Shown piece after piece: positions 58,562 through 64,000 of a stretch of DNA of 64,000 bases (the stretch's first letter is position 1; each line of letters opens with the position of its first letter). The stretch comes from Armatimonadota bacterium (GTDB lineage: Bacteria; Armatimonadota; UBA5829; DTLH01), in NCBI GenBank assembly GCA_038207085.1, contig JBBRAE010000002.1:64001-128000 (forward strand). Reading direction: 5' to 3'. The notes beneath the pieces are model-generated. The model was not told the origin of the DNA. It made no database searches and saw only the letters and a program-made list of their open reading frames with translations. The translations under genes were made by a program, and so were the position numbers.

Positions 58562-59608
58562 TTACAGCGTGAGCGCCTGCCAGACCGAGTCGTCTGCAAG
58601 CCTTGCGGCGATATCTATTCCATAGAACTTCTCAACCGGCGCGAGCACCTCGGGGTTCATCTCCCACGTGGCTCGTGCGGCGCTTCTGACAGCCTCGACC
58701 CCGGCCCGGCTCATCTTGCCAAGCGGCATCCGGCAGAGCCCCGAAGGCATTCCGAGGCCGGTCATAAGCGTCTTGATCGCGACCGGGTTTCTGTAGCGGT
58801 CGACGACCTTCACGGTCTCACCGTTTGGAAGCGTGCGCTCGTTTTCGACCTTTACCGTGACGACCCCGCAGAGCGGAGCGATCGCCCCCGCGAGCTTTTC
58901 GGCCTTCGCAGTGTCGCCCGCGAGTGCGGCTGAGATCATCTGCGCGACGGCTGCGGGCACAACGTTTGTTACGACCGAGATCGTGCCGTTTGCCATAACC
59001 GAAGGGTTCGTAAGCATCGTATAGGTCAGGTCGTCATCGCCTGATAGAATCGAGAAATCCTTGCCGCAAAGCGCGCGGGTGCGTGCCATGCGACCCAGGT
59101 CGCCTGTCGCTTCTTTGACCGTGCACAGGTTCGGGAACTCGGCTGCAAGTATCGCGATATCCTCGGGCAGGATCACCGTGCCGGATCTGCCGGGGATCAC
59201 GTAGGGAATCAGCCCAAGGTTCGGGAACCGCTTTGCGACCTCGGCATAGTAGTGATCTCGAAGCTCCCGCGAGGACGGGCCGTTGTAGTAGCAGTCGACA
59301 AGAAGCACGGCGTCGGCTCCGGCGTCCGCGGCGTGCTTGGTGCTTGTGATGCACTCCGAGGTGGAGTTGCTCCCCGTACCGGCGATGACCTGGCATCGTT
59401 TGCCAACGACCTCGATCGTATTTTCGATCACCTTGCCGTGTTCCTGCCAGTCAAGGGTAGGCGACTCACCGGTAGTTCCGACCGGGACAACACCGGTGAT
59501 GCCCTGAGAAATCTGGAACTCGACGTTTTTCTTCAGCCCGTCCCAGTCAACGCTAAAGTCGTCAAGCATAGGTGTCACAAGTGCTGTATAGGCTCCTTGG
59601 AGCTTCAT
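58562..59608 (-). CDS. dapA: 4-hydroxy-tetrahydrodipicolinate synthase
   Basis: TALVTP, GTTGESPTL, AGTGSNST, YVIPGRS, KEATG, SGDD. Confidence 0.93.
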   Translation of the reverse strand: MKLQGAYTALVTPMLDDFSVDWDGLKKNVEFQISQGITGVVPVGTTGESPTLDWQEHGKVIENTIEVVGKRCQVIAGTGSNSTSECITSTKHAADAGADAVLLVDCYYNGPSSRELRDHYYAEVAKRFPNLGLIPYVIPGRSGTVILPEDIAILAAEFPNLCTVKEATGDLGRMARTRALCGKDFSILSGDDDLTYTMLTNPSVMANGTISVVTNVVPAAVAQMISAALAGDTAKAEKLAGAIAPLCGVVTVKVENERTLPNGETVKVVDRYRNPVAIKTLMTGLGMPSGLCRMPLGKMSRAGVEAVRSAARATWEMNPEVLAPVEKFYGIDIAARLADDSVWQALTL

Positions 59609-59793
59609 TTCCCGTCCTCCTCTGCAAATGGCGATTTCTGCCGTTTGCGATCTGACCGTGCTTTTGGGCACGAATTTCACTCTATTTTACGGGAATTACC
59701 CACGGTTTGGCAAGTTGAGCGTGCTCCCCGTGATTAAGCCCGCCGCAGTTGCGGGTATTGTCGAGACTGCAGGCTTCTTGAGGAGGAGTAGAC

Positions 59794-60744
59794 ATGGACA
59801 CTGGCAACCCCATACTCTGGTGGGTGCTCTTCAACATATTTATTCTGGTGTGCCTTGCGATTGACCTCGGTTTGCATCGCAGGGCGCATGTGATCGGCAC
59901 GCGCGAGGCGCTCCTTTGGTCCGGGATCTGGATTGGCCTTGCGATGCTTTTCAACCTCGGGCTCTACTACTGGAGAGGTCCCGACGTTGCCCTGGCGTTT
60001 TTGACCGGCTACATGATCGAAAAGTCGCTCAGCGTCGACAACGTGTTTGTCTTCTATCTGATCTTTTCCTACTTCGCCGTCCCAGCCGCCTACCAGCACA
60101 AGGTGCTATTTTGGGGAGTGCTGGGCGCAATCGTGATGCGGGCGATTCTGATCTTCCTTGGGGTCATCCTGATTCGCCAGTTCCACTGGATAGTCTTTGT
60201 TTTTGGCGCACTTCTGATCGTCACGGGGCTTCGGATGGCTTTCTCGCATAGTTCGGAGGTGCACCCCGAGCGAAACCCGCTGCTTCGGCTCGTGCGACGG
60301 ATGGTGCCGGTTACGGGTGAATACGTCGAGGACAATCTGTTTACCCGCCTGAACTCGCGACTTGTCGCGACCCCGCTTTTCATCGTGCTTGTGGTGGTCG
60401 AGACAACTGATCTTATATTTGCAGTCGACTCCATTCCGGCGATCCTTGCGATCACGACCGACCCCTTTATAGTCTACACCTCAAACGTGTTCGCGATCCT
60501 CGGCCTGCGCTCGCTCTATTTCGCGCTGGCGGGCGTCATCCCGATGTTCAAATACCTCCACTATGGGCTTGCGGTAATTTTGGTATTTGTGGGGGTGAAG
60601 ATGCTTGTTTCGGACTTCTACAAGATTTCTGTGGGGACGTCGCTTGGTGTGGTGGGCGTGTTGCTCGCGATTTCGGTGATCGGTTCGCTGCTGTTTGCCC
60701 CGAGGCCCCCGGGCAGCTTGAGAGATAAAACGCCTCAGCCGTAG
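59794..60744 (+). CDS. TerC/Alx family membrane protein
   Basis: EKSLSVDNVFVF, QHKVLFWG, DLIFAVDSIPA, SNVFAILGLRSLYF. Confidence 0.93.
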   Translation: MDTGNPILWWVLFNIFILVCLAIDLGLHRRAHVIGTREALLWSGIWIGLAMLFNLGLYYWRGPDVALAFLTGYMIEKSLSVDNVFVFYLIFSYFAVPAAYQHKVLFWGVLGAIVMRAILIFLGVILIRQFHWIVFVFGALLIVTGLRMAFSHSSEVHPERNPLLRLVRRMVPVTGEYVEDNLFTRLNSRLVATPLFIVLVVVETTDLIFAVDSIPAILAITTDPFIVYTSNVFAILGLRSLYFALAGVIPMFKYLHYGLAVILVFVGVKMLVSDFYKISVGTSLGVVGVLLAISVIGSLLFAPRPPGSLRDKTPQP

Positions 60745-60788
60745 ATTTGACTCCACGGCTGAGGCCTGGGCGAGTGGGTTACCAATCG

Positions 60789-61628
60789 TTAAGGGGCAAT
60801 ACTTACGACTCCAAGGTCGTTTTCTGCGCCCGCCGAAAGAGCCACTGAGTCTGCGACTGTTTTGCCGTCGTAGACCGACTCAGGCGTGGTGAGCCTGAGC
60901 TGGTAGTTGCCTGGGAATAGCGGGCCGATCGAGAACTTGCCGTCCTCGCCGACCGTGCTGGAGCTGACAACGGTCGTCGGGTCGCTTGTCTCGCAGGCGT
61001 CGACTGTTGCGCCTGCTGGGACAGCCGATGCGGCACCTGTGCCGTCGACAAACGCAAGCGTCCCGGTCACGACTGCCGCCGCGGAGACCGGCACCATCGC
61101 GGTCACCGGCTGCAGCTTGTAGTCGCCTCCGCCTGTCACGGTGATCGACTTGCCCGCGTTGAAATCGAGCATAAGCGCAGCCGTTTCGCCGGCAGCTACA
61201 GTGAACTGCCTGTTGAACTTGACTCCGGTCGACTCCACGTTTGATATGTCTAATACATGCTCAACTCCGTCGATCGTAACGGTCGCCGCGCTTATCAGCA
61301 GGCGGACTTGAGTGTAGCGCCCGGGGCCGAGCGGTGTCGTCCCAAGCAGCGGAAACGTGCTTGAGGTGCTGCCATTGTAGCGGTAGTCCAAGAGATCAAC
61401 CGAAAGCGGGCTCGATTCCGGGTAGGTCTTAAGCGTAATCCAACCCGATTCTGCGCTGTGGACCTCGACCGAGGTGATCGAGACGACGAGCGACTCCATC
61501 TCGCCCGGTGCGTCACTTAGAAAGAGTCGGATGCCCCCGTTTGAGCCGCCACCGCCACCGCAGCCGCTCAGTGTGAGTACACCCACCACCAGAATCGCCG
61601 CCATAGATAGAAAAAATTTCCCTGTCAT
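60789..61628 (-). CDS. DUF4382 domain lipoprotein
   Basis: Lipobox LSGC, LSDAP, GRYTQVRL, LDFNAGKSI, YKLQP. Confidence 0.82.
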   Translation of the reverse strand: MTGKFFLSMAAILVVGVLTLSGCGGGGGSNGGIRLFLSDAPGEMESLVVSITSVEVHSAESGWITLKTYPESSPLSVDLLDYRYNGSTSSTFPLLGTTPLGPGRYTQVRLLISAATVTIDGVEHVLDISNVESTGVKFNRQFTVAAGETAALMLDFNAGKSITVTGGGDYKLQPVTAMVPVSAAAVVTGTLAFVDGTGAASAVPAGATVDACETSDPTTVVSSSTVGEDGKFSIGPLFPGNYQLRLTTPESVYDGKTVADSVALSAGAENDLGVVSIAP

Positions 61629-61887
61629 CCCACATCTCCTTTGGATGAGTCGCGTTGCCAGTCGCGCTATGCGAGAATTTAGACGAGCAGGCGAGCAGTT
61701 TGTTCCGTGGTCTAAGCCCCGTTTGCTTTCGCCACGGGAATCACAGTGCTTGGGCTGTCGGGCGTTATGGTTCATCATATAGATCATGCCACGCTTCGGG
61801 CGACTGGCTTGCACGTAGAATGTCCTGATAGCTCTTGACATTGGGCGAGCGGGGTATCACAATGTAAGGACTTTGCGGGGTGTGAAA

Positions 61888-62817
61888 ATGCGTATCAATA
61901 CAAAAAAAGTAATTTTGTTTCTTGCGATCACTTTTGCGGCGGACTGGGCGCTTGCGGGCGCGTTTTTCGCAGCCGGGCTTGGGACAAACAGGCTGCTTTA
62001 TGGCATGCTTGCGGCGCTTTACATGCTCGTTCCCGCAGCTTCGGCTTTCATCGTGCAATCGATCTACCGCGAACGGGTAGTTGGCCCGCTCAGGGTCTCT
62101 TTTGCCCTGAACAAGTGGTTTCTTGTCGCGTGGCTTGCTCCCGTGGCGCTTGCGCTTGGGGCATGGCTCGTCTCTCTGCTTTTGCCGGGAGTCAGCTACA
62201 CTTCAGACCCGCTTGCGATCCTGGGGCGCGTCGGCGGACGCTTGACCCCCGAACAGCTTGCGCAGGCTGCTGCGCAGATGCGGTCGATCTCCTTTGCGCC
62301 GCTCGTTTTGACGGCGGTTGGGCTTTTTGCGGGGTTGCTCGCCGGTGCGACGATCAACGCGGTGTTTGCCTTCGGCGAGGAGCTTGGCTGGCGGGGACTG
62401 CTGCTGCGCGAGCTTGCGCCCCTCGGGTTCTGGAAGTCAGCGGGGGTGATCGGCCTCATCTGGGGAGTTTGGCACGCGCCCCTGATTTTCCACGGGCACA
62501 ACTATCCCCAGCACCCCGTGCTCGGGGTCGCGATGATGACCCTCTGGACGCTTCTATTGTCGCCCATTTTGAGCTATGTAACGCTTCGGGCGCGCTCGGT
62601 CGTTGCAGCCGCAGTGCTCCACGGCACGATAAACGGGGTCGGCGGGCTGTCGCTCTTCTTCCTGAAGGGTGGGAACGATCTCAGCGTCGGCCTGACGGGA
62701 CTTGCGGGTATGGTCGTCCTTGCGCTTGCAAACGTCGCGGTTATTCTGCACAACAGGCGCGCGAGCGTGCCGATCGACGAGCTGCTAACGTCAAGTGAGG
62801 AGGCCGCCGGTGTTTGA
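61888..62817 (+). CDS. CPBP (Abi/CAAX) intramembrane metalloprotease
   Basis: GEELGWRG, WGVWHAP, HGTIN. Confidence 0.9.
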   Translation: MRINTKKVILFLAITFAADWALAGAFFAAGLGTNRLLYGMLAALYMLVPAASAFIVQSIYRERVVGPLRVSFALNKWFLVAWLAPVALALGAWLVSLLLPGVSYTSDPLAILGRVGGRLTPEQLAQAAAQMRSISFAPLVLTAVGLFAGLLAGATINAVFAFGEELGWRGLLLRELAPLGFWKSAGVIGLIWGVWHAPLIFHGHNYPQHPVLGVAMMTLWTLLLSPILSYVTLRARSVVAAAVLHGTINGVGGLSLFFLKGGNDLSVGLTGLAGMVVLALANVAVILHNRRASVPIDELLTSSEEAAGV

Positions 62818-64000
62818 CTATGACGCCGCGCTTGAGTACCTCTCGGGCCTGCTGCGGTTCGGGATAAAGTTTGGGCTCGATCGGTTCACTGAGCTCTGCC
62901 GCAGGCTCGGCGACCCCCAGAGCGAGCTTCGCGTGATTCACGTCGGCGGCACCAACGGCAAGGGCTCTACCTGCACCTTTATCACATCGATTTTGCGCGA
63001 GCGCGGCTTTCGGGTCGGCACGTATCTGTCGCCCTACGTCTATGACGTGCGCGAGCGGATACAGATCAACGGGGAGATGATTCCGCCTGAGGACTTCGCC
63101 GATCTTATGAGCGAGATCGCACCCGTTATGGAGTCGATAGCCGAGACCGAGCTTGGACAGGGGACCGAGTTTGAAGCCAAAACCGCGATGGCGTTTCTCT
63201 ATTTTGCGCGCCAGAAGGTCGACTTTGCCGTGATTGAGGTCGGTATGGGCGGGCGTTACGACTGCACCAACCTCGTTAACCCAATCGTGACTGCGATCAC
63301 CAACGTCTCGCTCGATCACACCGAGCGCCTCGGCGACACCGTCTCGCAGATCGCCTGGGACAAGGCAGGAATCGCCAAGCCCGGCGCGACTCTTGTGACC
63401 GCCGCAACCGACGAGGCCTGGGGGGTGATCTTCCGCACAGCAGCCGAGCAGAGTGTCGAAGATATGTGGCGGGTTGTCCCTCCAAACCACGTGCCGGGGC
63501 CCGACAGTCCCGTGCCAAACGCAACCGTGATCTATCAGGGAGACGACGGCGAAGTGACGATAGAACTCCCCGACGGGATCATCGGGCCGGTGAACCTGCG
63601 CCTTGCGGGCGACTTCCAGCTCGCCAACGCCGCTCTCGCCGCCGCAGCGGTCGAGGCGATCCCAAAGACCTTGACCCATGTGCCGCATTCGGCGATGGAG
63701 CGCGGGCTTTCCAAAGCTTACCTCCCTGGACGGATGGAGGTGCTGCGCCGCCGTCCGACGGTTGTGATCGACGCCGCGCACAACCCCGACGGGGCACGGA
63801 ACCTCGCAGACTCAATTCGCCGTCACTTCGACTACCAGCGACTGATTCTGGTAGTCGGAATGCTCAGCACCCACTCAGCTGACGAAGTGTTGGAAACGCT
63901 TGCCCCGATGGCCGACGAGGTGATTGCGACCCGTTCGCGCTGGGAAAAGGCCCGACCCGCAGGTGAGATCGCCGAAGCCGCTCTTCACTTTACCGCAAAC
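62810..64000 (+). CDS. folC: folylpolyglutamate synthase/dihydrofolate synthase (runs off the right edge)
   Basis: Hand translation from GTG 62810: IHVGGTNGKGST, YLSPY, ERIQING, EVGMGGRYDCTN, PGRME, IDAAHNPDG. Confidence 0.93.
   Translation, partial: MFDYDAALEYLSGLLRFGIKFGLDRFTELCRRLGDPQSELRVIHVGGTNGKGSTCTFITSILRERGFRVGTYLSPYVYDVRERIQINGEMIPPEDFADLMSEIAPVMESIAETELGQGTEFEAKTAMAFLYFARQKVDFAVIEVGMGGRYDCTNLVNPIVTAITNVSLDHTERLGDTVSQIAWDKAGIAKPGATLVTAATDEAWGVIFRTAAEQSVEDMWRVVPPNHVPGPDSPVPNATVIYQGDDGEVTIELPDGIIGPVNLRLAGDFQLANAALAAAAVEAIPKTLTHVPHSAMERGLSKAYLPGRMEVLRRRPTVVIDAAHNPDGARNLADSIRRHFDYQRLILVVGMLSTHSADEVLETLAPMADEVIATRSRWEKARPAGEIAEAALHFTAN

Noticed and set aside
61630..61800. Possible riboswitch upstream of the DUF4382 lipoprotein (GAAA-capped hairpin, CCCGACAGC)
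   Set aside because: Only fragments of c-di-GMP or c-di-AMP motifs, not in the required order
62741..63781. 346-aa minus-strand ORF and similar long antisense ORFs (e.g. 9745-10560, 16980-17948, 20384-21256, 50196-51005)
   Set aside because: Shadow frames of well-supported genes on the opposite strand in GC-rich DNA

Overview
This is a core-chromosome segment of a GC-rich diderm bacterium. An Armatimonadota-like lineage is inferred from a prepilin/H-X9-DG protein, a PEP-CTERM protein, kdsB/rfaE2, and Firmicutes-like sigH and dnaK. The left end is probably origin-proximal (parA-parB with a perfect parS). Most genes are housekeeping: glnA, tmk, rpoZ-dnaK-dnaJ-prmA-rsmE, trpB2, rpsT, holA, accDA, murA-mreB, dapA, folC and tRNA-Gly. 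I found no prophage, transposase or CRISPR array. The interesting signal is regulatory and non-coding. (1) A sigma28-type promoter, a c-di-GMP-I riboswitch and flgM form one unit. (2) A recurring GTTT-N16/17-GGGTAW (SigB/SigF-type) promoter sits before stress-type genes, alongside five partner-switching genes (PP2C, STAS, anti-sigma kinase). (3) A two-hairpin MITE/REP family sits on, and appears to duplicate, stop codons. (4) There is a 6S-like structured RNA candidate and several structured leaders or attenuators. (5) An actinobacterial-type glnR has a decayed duplicate of its 3' end flanking a PEP-CTERM islet. All calls come from reading the sequence by eye; no database searches or folding programs were run.
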